Origin: an uncultured Oscillospiraceae bacterium
GTDB taxonomy: Bacteria; Bacillota; Clostridia; Oscillospirales; Ruminococcaceae
Direction: 5' to 3'
Length of the DNA stretch: 64,000 nt
NCBI GenBank assembly: GCA_964370565.1
Contig: CAYJJR010000001.1
Span: forward strand, 982 to 64,981
The position numbers were made by a program, and so were the translations under genes. The notes under the pieces are model-generated. The model did no database searches and was not told the DNA's origin. It worked only from the letters and a program-made list of their open reading frames with translations. This document shows, piece after piece, positions 1 through 8,564 of the stretch; within the stretch, counting starts at the first letter, position 1, and the number at the start of each line of letters is the position of its first letter.

Positions 1-1
1 T

Positions 2-94
2 GACCCATTATCTGAAGACTTTACCGATACCGACGCTTATCTGAGTGTATACCAATCGCTTGCCAACAACACACAAAGTATTACGGTATACTAA
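2..94 (+). CDS. C-terminal fragment of an unidentified CDS entering from upstream of the window
   Basis: The frame is open from the window edge (..DPLSEDFTDTDAYLSVYQSLANNTQSITVY*) and stops at TAA 92-94, just upstream of a canonical intrinsic terminator. Too short to name. Confidence 0.3.
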   Translation, partial: DPLSEDFTDTDAYLSVYQSLANNTQSITVY

Positions 95-105
95 AAAGGA
101 AAATC

Positions 106-139
106 AAAACCGCCGATTCAAACGAATCGGCGGTTTTTT
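106..139. terminator. Rho-independent terminator (possibly bidirectional)
   Basis: ccgccgattc (110-119) pairs perfectly with gaatcggcgg (124-133) around a 4-nt loop. An A-run lies 5' and a T6 run 3'. Confidence 0.8.
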
Positions 140-161
140 GTAGAGATGAAAATACAACAGT

Positions 162-479
162 TTAGTTGTTTTTTATTGAATCGCCTTTTAAGAATTTTAT
201 AATTTCCAACTTTGAAATATCGCAATTTAAATCATTTGAGCAACTATAGCAGCAATTTAAATCATTTAAATTTATTCTAGGATCTAATTTTAATTTACAG
301 TACGGACATTTATATTTCCAACTTACTAGAAAATATAGTATTAACACTACAAATAAAAATATATACCATTTGAAATAAAAACAAACAGCTATCATTAATA
401 ATAAGATTGTAGATATATATCTAATACACTTTAGTAAAAACTTTATATTCATTTTATTTAAAATCCTCAATTTTGACAA
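162..479 (-). CDS. Hypothetical small membrane protein with C-terminal Cys-rich (zinc-ribbon-like) tail
   Basis: 105-aa ORF from the track with two hydrophobic segments followed by CPYC...CCYSC. The region is visibly far more AT-rich than its neighbours. No recognisable family. Confidence 0.35.
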   Translation of the reverse strand: MSKLRILNKMNIKFLLKCIRYISTILLLMIAVCFYFKWYIFLFVVLILYFLVSWKYKCPYCKLKLDPRINLNDLNCCYSCSNDLNCDISKLEIIKFLKGDSIKNN

Positions 480-546
480 CGAATACTAACAGAAAAAGAG
501 GTGAAAAAGAAAGTTGCCTCTCTTTGACTTTTTTCCATACATCAAA

Positions 547-596
547 TAGAAATAATCCGTAGGATTATTTCGGGTAGCTCTGCCGTAAGGCAGAGA
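547..596 (-). terminator. Tandem hairpins downstream of the ECF operon
   Basis: On the minus strand, just after the ecfT stop: ctctgcc-ttac-ggcagag, then gaaataatcc-tac-ggattatttc followed by a T-rich tail. Confidence 0.5.
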
Positions 597-1427
597 TTAT
601 ACAAACGGGTTCCAATATCGCCCGCCGTTTATAAAGTTTAATGCTAAAGCGACCAACAAAAGAACAACACAGACGGTAATCGAAAGATAGTCGGGAAATT
701 TAAAACTTCTCGAGCGATACCATGTTCTTTTTTTGTTTTTGCCAAAACCCCTAAGTTCCATTGCGTTTGAAATTATCTCTATTCGGTTTATGCTTGAAAT
801 AATAAGCGGAATAATAAGCGTCGCCGCCATTTTAAGGCGTTTAATGAGTCCCAAACGCTTGGCGCTCATCTCAAGCCCTCTAGCTTGCATAGAAAGCGAT
901 ATATCGGTGTATTCTCTTTGTATGTCCGGGATATATCGTAAAGCCAGCGAAACGGAATACGCTATTTTGTAGTTTACACCTATTTTATTAAGCGACGCCG
1001 CAAACTCACTGGGGTTTGTCGTAGACACAAACAAAAGAACAATCGGAATTGAACAGATATATTTAAGCACTATATTAAGTTGATAAAGAAGCTGTTCAAA
1101 CGTCACATCCCAACGCCCGGGAAGGTCGAGCAATATGTGCTTTGTTCCGTAGATTGTAACCCCGTGTTGCGGAGAAAAAATGAAAACCATGATATTGTTT
1201 ACGATCATAAAAACTATTGTGAAGTTTAAAATAAAGCTAATGTCTGAGTATTTTATCTTTGAAATAGCGAATATCCCAATCGATATAAGTGGCAAAACAA
1301 TTAGAAACCTTGTATCAAACGTTATCATCGAAGCAAACGACAAAACAAGTAAACAAACAAGTTTTGTTGCGCCGGTTAGGTCGTGGACAAATGATTTTCG
1401 ATCGATATAATTAAAAAGATTAACCAT
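597..1427 (-). CDS. ecfT: ECF transporter transmembrane (T) component, EcfT/CbiQ family
   Basis: Polytopic membrane ORF with two Ala-Arg-Gly type coupling motifs (SMQARGLE, AMELRGFG). It is the last gene of an S-A-T operon. The start is moved from the track start (1448) to ATG 1427, which has an AAAGGGG SD-like sequence upstream and overlaps the upstream stop. Confidence 0.85.
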   Translation of the reverse strand: MVNLFNYIDRKSFVHDLTGATKLVCLLVLSFASMITFDTRFLIVLPLISIGIFAISKIKYSDISFILNFTIVFMIVNNIMVFIFSPQHGVTIYGTKHILLDLPGRWDVTFEQLLYQLNIVLKYICSIPIVLLFVSTTNPSEFAASLNKIGVNYKIAYSVSLALRYIPDIQREYTDISLSMQARGLEMSAKRLGLIKRLKMAATLIIPLIISSINRIEIISNAMELRGFGKNKKRTWYRSRSFKFPDYLSITVCVVLLLVALALNFINGGRYWNPFV

Positions 1428-3138
1428 TGTCGCGCCCCTTTCTTTCAAAACTTATAAAACGTTTGACAAAATCTGTTGGGTTATTTATGTTACACTTTAA
1501 CGCAAGTCCGAAAAGAGAAGTTTCTTTCAAGTTTGCGTTTTCAATTATTTCGGGATTTGTCAAAATCTCTGCGGAAGACAGATCTGCTATGAGTTTTCCG
1601 TTTGAAAAAACCGCCGAACGTTTACAATATTCAAGCATAAGATGCATGTCATGGGTAATCATAATTACGGTTGTACCGCGTTTGTTAAGCTCAACCAAAA
1701 ACTCCATGATCTCGGTATAGTGGTGGTAATCTTGCCCGGCGGTGGGTTCGTCAAGGATGATTATGTCCGGCTCAAGTACCATAATCGACGCTATCGTAAC
1801 CCTCTTTTTTTGGCCATATGAAAGGGCGACGACAGGCCACGAACGAAATTCAAAAAGACCACAAGTTTTAAGCGCTTCGTCTACCTTGTGCTCGATAAGT
1901 TTTTGGTCGGTTTCTCCGCGTAGAACAAGACCTAATGCAATTTCATCAAAAATCATAGGCTTAGACAACATCTGGTTAGGGTTTTGCATGACATAACCAA
2001 TCCTGTCGGCGCGCTCTTTAATGCTGTAGTCCGCTAGGTTTTGATCGGACATATAAAGCTGTCCGCTTTGTTGTTTGACAAAACCACAAATAAGTTTAGA
2101 AAACGTTGATTTTCCGGCTCCGTTACGCCCGACTATGCTCATCATCTCGCCTTTGTGAACGTCAAGCGAGATATCTTGGAGTGCGTGTTTGCCGTTAGGA
2201 TAACTGAAATCTATGTTTGAAGCTTTTAAGATAATCGGTTCGGTTTGTGGGGTGTCGCTGTTTGAAACGGCTTCAAACCAATCGGACATTTTTTTTATGT
2301 CGTTGTCCGATAAAACAAGCGCATCTATGTTTTCCGGCTTCATATCGGGGACGATGTTAACCCCGGCATATTTCAAAGCGGTTAGATAAAGAGGTTCTCG
2401 AATTCCTGTTTCTTGTAAAAGCGAAGAGCAAAGAAGCTCGGCGGGGGAACAGTCGGCAACAATTCTGCCGTCGTTCATTAGCACAATTCGGTCGACAGGG
2501 CGATGTAAAACGTCTTCAAGCCGATGTTCGATTATAACTACCGTTGCGTTTCGGCTTTTTTGTATCGTGTCTATGAGTTCAATTGCTTTTTTACCGGTTG
2601 CGGGGTCGAGGTTTGCGAGAGGTTCGTCAAAAAGCAAGATATCAACATCGTCCACCATAACTCCGGCAAGTGAAACGCGTTGTTTTTGGCCGCCCGAAAT
2701 TTCGTGGGGAGCGTGGTTAAGATGTTCAAAAATCGAAACTTCTTTTGCGGCTTTTTCAACAAGTTCAAAAAGTTCATTTTGTGCTATGTTATCGTTTTCG
2801 GGAGAAAAGGCTATGTCTTCGGCGACGGTAAGCCCGATAAACTGTCCGTCGGCGTCTTGAAGGACAGTACCTACCTTTTTTGAAATGGTAAAGATATCTT
2901 TGTCTGCCATGTCTTCGCCGTCTATAAAAAACTTTCCCGTTGTGTCTCCGTAATAAGAATTTGGGATAAGTCCGTTTATACAGTGGGCGAGAGTTGATTT
3001 TCCACATCCGGAAGGACCACAAATAACTATCTTTTCACCTGAATTTATCGTTAGATTTATATCATATAACGTAGGGTCTACCTGTGCGTTATACTTAAAA
3101 CCGAAATTTTCAAATTGAATTTTAGGAGTTTGTTTCAT
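1420..3138 (-). CDS. Fused double ABC ATPase of an ECF transporter (EcfA1-EcfA2 fusion, YkoD-like)
   Basis: 572 aa with two complete cassettes. Walker A motifs are GPSGCGKST and GRNGAGKST, signatures are ISGGQKQR and LSYGQKKR, and Walker B motifs are ILLFDEP and IIILDEP. Confidence 0.9.
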   Translation of the reverse strand: MKQTPKIQFENFGFKYNAQVDPTLYDINLTINSGEKIVICGPSGCGKSTLAHCINGLIPNSYYGDTTGKFFIDGEDMADKDIFTISKKVGTVLQDADGQFIGLTVAEDIAFSPENDNIAQNELFELVEKAAKEVSIFEHLNHAPHEISGGQKQRVSLAGVMVDDVDILLFDEPLANLDPATGKKAIELIDTIQKSRNATVVIIEHRLEDVLHRPVDRIVLMNDGRIVADCSPAELLCSSLLQETGIREPLYLTALKYAGVNIVPDMKPENIDALVLSDNDIKKMSDWFEAVSNSDTPQTEPIILKASNIDFSYPNGKHALQDISLDVHKGEMMSIVGRNGAGKSTFSKLICGFVKQQSGQLYMSDQNLADYSIKERADRIGYVMQNPNQMLSKPMIFDEIALGLVLRGETDQKLIEHKVDEALKTCGLFEFRSWPVVALSYGQKKRVTIASIMVLEPDIIILDEPTAGQDYHHYTEIMEFLVELNKRGTTVIMITHDMHLMLEYCKRSAVFSNGKLIADLSSAEILTNPEIIENANLKETSLFGLALKCNINNPTDFVKRFISFERKGRDNG

Positions 3139-3293
3139 GTTATCACACCATTATAAAAAGTTTCAAACGGCAGGTACATGGCTTGCCATGTCCGCATCTT
3201 TGTCACACGATACCGCAAAAAACCATGTATCCTACCGTTTTGTTTATCGGGGGAAGGTTATATAACACCTTGCCCGACAGTTATAAAAAAAAT

Positions 3294-3845
3294 CTATTTT
3301 CCTTTTTTAAGGCTGCCGCTTTTTGGTTTAACTTGTGCATATGCTATGCAAAGAAGAGTTCCTACGATACAAGATGTGATGATGTTGGAAATTCCAGCAA
3401 CAGCGCCTTGTGTGAAAACTTTGTTTGCGGGTTCCGCAAAGATAAGTATGTCAAGGACAGGAGCTACTAATCCCCAAGCGATGACGTTTGCAATAACCAT
3501 GTAGATGTTAAAACGAATGATGCTTTTTTTGCCGAACTGTTCGCGGGCAATAGCAGTTTTTTTGCTTACTAAACCCATGACAAGTCCGCAGACAGCAGAA
3601 GCTATAACCCAGCTCCACCAAATTCCCCAACCCCATGAGAAATCGATAAGTGCGTGTCCGATAAGTCCAATAAAGAGGCCGGCAATAGGTCCGAAGACAC
3701 AAGCCATAAAACCGAGAAGTCCGTATTGGATGTTGATGGTCGTGTTGGGTACCGGACTTGGAATTGCCACATAGCGTCCCAAAACAAAGAACAATGCCGC
3801 GCCTATGCCGATTGCGACAACAAGGGTGATAGGTGATTTTTTCAT
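3294..3845 (-). CDS. ECF transporter substrate-specific (S) component, UPF0397-like
   Basis: 183-aa polytopic protein. Its N-terminus (MKKSPITLVVAIGIGAALFFVLGRYVAIP..PNT.IN) and the FGP..G...G..GH...D motif resemble, from memory, the UPF0397 S-components found next to fused ECF ATPases. Confidence 0.75.
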   Translation of the reverse strand: MKKSPITLVVAIGIGAALFFVLGRYVAIPSPVPNTTINIQYGLLGFMACVFGPIAGLFIGLIGHALIDFSWGWGIWWSWVIASAVCGLVMGLVSKKTAIAREQFGKKSIIRFNIYMVIANVIAWGLVAPVLDILIFAEPANKVFTQGAVAGISNIITSCIVGTLLCIAYAQVKPKSGSLKKGK

Positions 3846-3929
3846 TTTTTCTCTCCTAATTTTGTAATATATTTCAAAGCGAAACTACACCGCGCAAAAA
3901 CGCTGTGCAAACGCTTACGAAAACATTTT

Positions 3930-4772
3930 CTAGATCTTTGATTTTGAGATTGTAATACGCCAAGAGTTGCCCGTTCCGATGTTATAAGCTTTTGAGAAAG
4001 AACCTTGGTTAATGGCTATCGCGACACAGTCGAGAGAGTTTATGTACATAAGCGGTTCGCCGACATATACGTCTGCGAACGAGCGAGAAAAACGCATGAT
4101 GTTTCGATAGACCGCCCTCGTGTCGTTTTCAATCTTGATCTCGACACGGTCGCCATAGTTAAGGCCGATTGATAAAACGCTTTCACGAGATATGCTTGTC
4201 CAAAGGCTTCCAAAACGAATGTCCAAAACATCAATAGTTCCGCAAGCCTTGTTATCTTTAATAATAGGCTCGACTATCGGGAGCATAATAATTTCGTTCA
4301 TGTCGAAACAAGGGCCTACTTGTTCAAAAGTAATTGCGCCGGCGGCAAGCCTTGCGCCGGTGTATGCGTAAACATCGCGCCCATGGAAAGTGTACGATTC
4401 GCCGGAATTAGGAAGACGGTTGACGTTTTCGTCGATAATACGGGCTTCTTTTATCTTTGCAATTCTTTTTATATGTGTTAAAGTTCCGTTGTCGGGGGTT
4501 ACAATATACCGTCCACATTCGGTTTTAACGACAACGCTACGCCTGTCCGAGCCTACACCCGGGTCGACAACCGAGACAAACACAGTTCCTTGTTGCCAAT
4601 AGCTTAACGTTTGAATAAGTCTATAACTTCCTTCCCACACGTCGTAAGGGGTTATGTCATGAGTTAGGTTATATATCTTTAAATCATCACACACAGAGTT
4701 TGCAACTCCGTACATAGCGGAGACCGCTCCGTCCGCAAGACCAAAGTCGGTTTGTAACACAAGAGGTTTCAT
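3930..4772 (-). CDS. SAM hydrolase / SAM hydroxide adenosyltransferase family protein (DUF62)
   Basis: 280 aa. The N-terminal LVLQTDFGLADGAVSAMYGV matches the LLTDFG..D.YVG.MKGV signature of the DUF62 / fluorinase-chlorinase superfamily. It is the first gene of the ECF operon. Confidence 0.8.
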   Translation of the reverse strand: MKPLVLQTDFGLADGAVSAMYGVANSVCDDLKIYNLTHDITPYDVWEGSYRLIQTLSYWQQGTVFVSVVDPGVGSDRRSVVVKTECGRYIVTPDNGTLTHIKRIAKIKEARIIDENVNRLPNSGESYTFHGRDVYAYTGARLAAGAITFEQVGPCFDMNEIIMLPIVEPIIKDNKACGTIDVLDIRFGSLWTSISRESVLSIGLNYGDRVEIKIENDTRAVYRNIMRFSRSFADVYVGEPLMYINSLDCVAIAINQGSFSKAYNIGTGNSWRITISKSKI

Positions 4773-4812
4773 TTTAAGTTAAGTCCTTTATATATAGAAT
4801 TTTTACCTACCT

Positions 4813-4841
4813 ATTTTACTGAATAAAAGCGATAAAGTCAA
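4813..4841 (-). promoter_or_regulatory. Candidate sigma-A promoter of the DUF62-ECF operon
   Basis: Minus strand reads TTGACT, a 17-nt spacer, then TAAAAT, about 40 nt upstream of the DUF62 start codon. Confidence 0.45.
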
Positions 4842-4910
4842 TCGCTGTCGAAAAAACCTTTAAAACAAATAAAGACAAGCAAAAATGCCTGTCTTTTTTG
4901 GTGATATTCT

Positions 4911-6470
4911 CTAGTTTTGTTCTGATTTTTCTTCGTGGTATTCTTCTTCGCTGTTAACGCTCCAAAGTTCTTTTTTATCCGTTGAACCGTTTTTGATAAG
5001 GTCAACCGCAACAAAACTTGTCAACATTGAATGGTCCATGTTGTTGTAGCGGTGCTGGCCGTTTCTTCCGAGACAGAAAAGGTTTGAAAAACCGTTGAGA
5101 TACTCGCGAACTTTATCAAATTCGGAATATGTTCCGAAATATGCCGGATATGCTTTTTTGATGTTAATTCTAACCGAATCAAGAACGTCTTGTTTGTCGA
5201 TTATGTCAACCTTTGCAAGTTCGTCTATGGCGAATTCGATAAACTCTTTATCGGGGGTGTTCCAAAATTCGTCGCCTTCTGTGCAAAAATATTCCATGCC
5301 TATCCAAACGGTGTTTTCAAAATCCTTAACCATATATGGTGACCAGTTGTTAAATATCTGAAGACGTCCGAGTTTAACGTCGCGTTCTTGCATGTATATC
5401 CAACAATCGGGAACGATGTCGTTCATAGTTTTAATGTCGGTTTTGTTTTTAAGTAAAAGTTTTTTCATCAAAAGCCCAACCGTTATAAAGTCACGATAGG
5501 GGAGGTTTGAACCAATATTTTTAACGTCGCTTGGAACGTCGTTCATGCCTTCGATAAGATCTTTTACAGGCATTGTCGAAAGATAGTAGTCGCCTTTCGC
5601 GGTAGAGGTAGATCCGTTTTGTTCTGAAATTTCGACAGAACTAATCTCGCCGTCTTTTGTGTTTATCTTTTTAACGGCACTGTTCATGTGGATAACGCCG
5701 CCCATCTCCAAAATTTTCTCCGCCATGACTTCATAAAGTTGGCCGGGTCCTTTTTTGGGATAGAAAAATTCTTCGATTAAAGATGTTTCAACTTTTTTTG
5801 AGCGAATGTTAAATAGTTTTTTAAACATCTCACCGACAACTTTTAAAAGAGATATTCCCTTAACACGTTGCGAACCCCATTCGGGGGAGATGTCAGACGG
5901 GTGTACACCCCAAAGTTTTTCCGTGTATCCTTCAAAAAACATAGAGTATAAAGGACGTCCGAAACGGTTAATATAGAAATCTTCAAGAGATTTTTCTTTG
6001 CGTTTAAACACAACGGAAAAAAGATATCCAAAGCCGGATTTTACAGTGTCGACAAACCCCATGTTTATAAATGTTTGTGGTTTCATAGAGATAGGATAGT
6101 CAAAGAATTTTCGTTTAAAGAAAATTCTTGAGACACGGTTTCTTATAAGCATTACGACATCTTGTTTTTCCGGGTCGGCGTCGCTTTCGGCGAGACTTTT
6201 TGTTCGACCTAAAAGTATGTCATCGATAGAGCTTTTTCCTTGTATCGGCATAAGCTCTTTCCAAAGCTCGTTAACCTCGACGTTTTTGGAAAAAAATCTG
6301 TGCCCACCTATGTCTATGCGATTTCCGTTATAGGGAACGGTTCGTGATATTCCGCCTATCATGTCGCTTTCTTCATATATAACGGGTTTGATATCGGTTT
6401 CTTTAAGCAGCTTATATGCAGCCGTAAGCCCCGCGGGTCCTGCGCCGATTATTATAGCTTTTTTTTCCAT
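4911..6470 (-). CDS. NAD(P)/FAD-dependent oxidoreductase (amine-oxidase / UDP-galactopyranose-mutase-like fold)
   Basis: 519 aa with the N-terminal dinucleotide-binding motif [16 protein letters not shown] followed by GG..R motifs typical of this flavoprotein superfamily. The precise activity cannot be called. Confidence 0.7.
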   Translation of the reverse strand: MEKKAIIIGAGPAGLTAAYKLLKETDIKPVIYEESDMIGGISRTVPYNGNRIDIGGHRFFSKNVEVNELWKELMPIQGKSSIDDILLGRTKSLAESDADPEKQDVVMLIRNRVSRIFFKRKFFDYPISMKPQTFINMGFVDTVKSGFGYLFSVVFKRKEKSLEDFYINRFGRPLYSMFFEGYTEKLWGVHPSDISPEWGSQRVKGISLLKVVGEMFKKLFNIRSKKVETSLIEEFFYPKKGPGQLYEVMAEKILEMGGVIHMNSAVKKINTKDGEISSVEISEQNGSTSTAKGDYYLSTMPVKDLIEGMNDVPSDVKNIGSNLPYRDFITVGLLMKKLLLKNKTDIKTMNDIVPDCWIYMQERDVKLGRLQIFNNWSPYMVKDFENTVWIGMEYFCTEGDEFWNTPDKEFIEFAIDELAKVDIIDKQDVLDSVRINIKKAYPAYFGTYSEFDKVREYLNGFSNLFCLGRNGQHRYNNMDHSMLTSFVAVDLIKNGSTDKKELWSVNSEEEYHEEKSEQN

Positions 6471-6628
6471 ATATTTAAGTGTCCCTTTTCTTTAATTGTG
6501 TTTAATATCAATTATATGACATTTTGATAAAAAATACAATGATTTTATTGTGGGGGATTTATCTAAATCAATTCTTTTTTTTCACTCCCATTGTGGGGGA
6601 TTAGTCGATTTTTGAGGGTTAAAACATG

Positions 6629-6657
6629 TTGATAGTTTTTAAACAAAACTGTATAAT
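6629..6657 (+). promoter_or_regulatory. Candidate sigma-A promoter for the 569-aa membrane protein gene
   Basis: TTGATA (6629-6634), a 17-nt spacer, then TATAAT (6652-6657) with TG two nt upstream (extended -10). Confidence 0.5.
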
Positions 6658-6781
6658 GTTATACAATGCCTTGAAATATAAGATTAAATAGTTAATTGAT
6701 TGCTTTGCAACGGTAATTTACAGTTGAATTTGTTTTATCAAAGGAGCAAAGCCTTACAATTGCGAAAGGATTGTCATAGAT

Positions 6782-8491
6782 ATGAGGTTTAACCTTCAAA
6801 AAGATATAAATAAAAAAACTATGTGGTTTTTTATTTTAGTGTTGGTGACGCTAAAGCTTGTTCTTTTGTTCCCCCAACCGTTAATGCTTGAACCGCAAAG
6901 TTCCCCAATAGACGATACCTTGATGTTTGAAGCGGCAAGGAGTTTAAGTGGCGGAGAGTGGTTTGGAGAATACGATTGGCTGACGATATCGAAAAATATG
7001 TTTTTTGCGCTGTGGCTTAGCGCGCTTAATTTTTTTGGGATACCGTTTTTGCTAGGGGGTAATCTTCTTTGGGGGGCGGCTTGTGTTGCGGTTGTGGTCG
7101 CGTTTTCTCCCGTTGTTAAAAACAATGCTTTAAATGTTGCTTTTTTTGCGGTGATGTGGTTTAACCCTGCCGCTACTGCTTCGTTTAATTCTCGCGTCTA
7201 TCGCGATAACATCTTTCCGTCGCTTTGCACACTGGTTTTTGCCGGAATAATAGGGTTTGCTTTTAGATACCAAAAACCCGTTAAAAAAAACATCTGGTTT
7301 TTAATATACTCGGGGGTTAGTTTTTCGGCGGCATATCTAACGCGCGAGGATGGATTTTGGCTTGTGCCGTTTGTCTTGGTTGCGCTTGCAACGGTCGCTT
7401 TTTTCATCTTGTTTGACAAGAATTTAAACAAGAAAATTTTAAGGGTAGCTTGTCTTGCCATACCGTTTGTGTTGGTCTTTTTGTCCGTTTCAATCTATAG
7501 TTTTGCAAACTATAATGTATACGGAAAATACGTTTCTAACGAGCTTATGAGCGAGGAATTTTCCGACGCCTACGGCGCGATTATCAGAACAAATCCGGAC
7601 AAGACCGAGTTTGTCGTTGTCCCAAAACAAACAAGGGAAGCGCTTTACGACCTTTCCCCAAGTTTTGCAAAACTTGAACCGTTTCTTGAAACGGATTTTT
7701 ATTATGACAGATATGGTTTTGTCGAGATGCAAGAATACAGCCCGCCGGGGCTTCTTTGGGCATTAAGAGAGGCGGCAAGCGAAGCGGGAATGTACCAAAC
7801 TGCAACGATGTCGGCAGAGTATTGGAGAACGGTTGCAGATGAGATAAACGAACTTTGTGATAGCGGAGCTATTCCGTCAAAGGCGTTTGTAAGCGGAACT
7901 TCGATGCCGTTCAGAAGCGACTATGTCGTTCCGCTTTTAGTCGAGTCGGCAAAAAGTTTTGTTGCTTGTGCCATTTTTTATGATACCGATGCCCGTGTTG
8001 ATTTGACGTTTGCCCCCCCGGAACTAATTGCCGAGTGGGAAAGCTATCTTGGCAACAAAGCTGTTTCGATAGCAAAGACAAACACAGCGCTTCCATATTA
8101 CAACCCGTTTCAACAGGTTATGTATTTTGGGCTTGATGTAATTAGATATATCTATATGGTGTTGTCTCCTGTTATGTTAGTGTTTGCTTTTTTATGGTTT
8201 GCGCCGGAATTTAAAAGGCTTAAACTATATTTTAAACAAGGAAATATGCAAGCCGTCACAGTATTGTTTGTCATGTTGGGGGTTTTGCTGTCGATAGTTT
8301 TAAGGGTTGCAATGGTTTCATACCACGAGGTTTCAAGCGCAAACCTTAGTGTATTTATGATGTATCTTTCGTCGGTACATCCGCTTATGCTTATGTTTGG
8401 GTTTGCCGGCAGTTGTTTTTATGTTGCAAACAACAGGGGTGTGTGTAACATGATTAAAGATATAGTTTTAAAAAGAGTGAAAAGAAAATAG
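6782..8491 (+). CDS. Large polytopic membrane protein, function unknown (possibly GT-C-like glycosyltransferase)
   Basis: 569-aa ORF with many hydrophobic helices in the N-terminal about 240 aa, a soluble middle segment and C-terminal helices. The GT-C suggestion rests on architecture only. Confidence 0.6.
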   Translation: MRFNLQKDINKKTMWFFILVLVTLKLVLLFPQPLMLEPQSSPIDDTLMFEAARSLSGGEWFGEYDWLTISKNMFFALWLSALNFFGIPFLLGGNLLWGAACVAVVVAFSPVVKNNALNVAFFAVMWFNPAATASFNSRVYRDNIFPSLCTLVFAGIIGFAFRYQKPVKKNIWFLIYSGVSFSAAYLTREDGFWLVPFVLVALATVAFFILFDKNLNKKILRVACLAIPFVLVFLSVSIYSFANYNVYGKYVSNELMSEEFSDAYGAIIRTNPDKTEFVVVPKQTREALYDLSPSFAKLEPFLETDFYYDRYGFVEMQEYSPPGLLWALREAASEAGMYQTATMSAEYWRTVADEINELCDSGAIPSKAFVSGTSMPFRSDYVVPLLVESAKSFVACAIFYDTDARVDLTFAPPELIAEWESYLGNKAVSIAKTNTALPYYNPFQQVMYFGLDVIRYIYMVLSPVMLVFAFLWFAPEFKRLKLYFKQGNMQAVTVLFVMLGVLLSIVLRVAMVSYHEVSSANLSVFMMYLSSVHPLMLMFGFAGSCFYVANNRGVCNMIKDIVLKRVKRK

Positions 8492-8514
8492 AGAAAGTTG
8501 AAATTAAAATGACA

Positions 8515-8554
8515 AAAGGGTCAACAAGAAACACTTGGTTTCTTGTTGACCCTT
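8515..8554. terminator. Bidirectional intrinsic terminator between convergent genes
   Basis: aaagggtcaacaagaaac-acttg-gtttcttgttgacccttt forms a long perfect stem flanked by A and T residues. Confidence 0.75.
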
Positions 8555-8564
8555 TAGACTGTTG

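Noticed and set aside
3139-3293. 155-nt gap between the ECF S-component and ATPase genes as a possible internal regulatory RNA
   Set aside because: Only a weak 7-bp hairpin is present (acatggc/gccatgt with a 2-nt loop), with no terminator or conserved-looking motif. The overlapping plus-strand ORFs (3178-3504, 3183-3470) are antisense artefacts.
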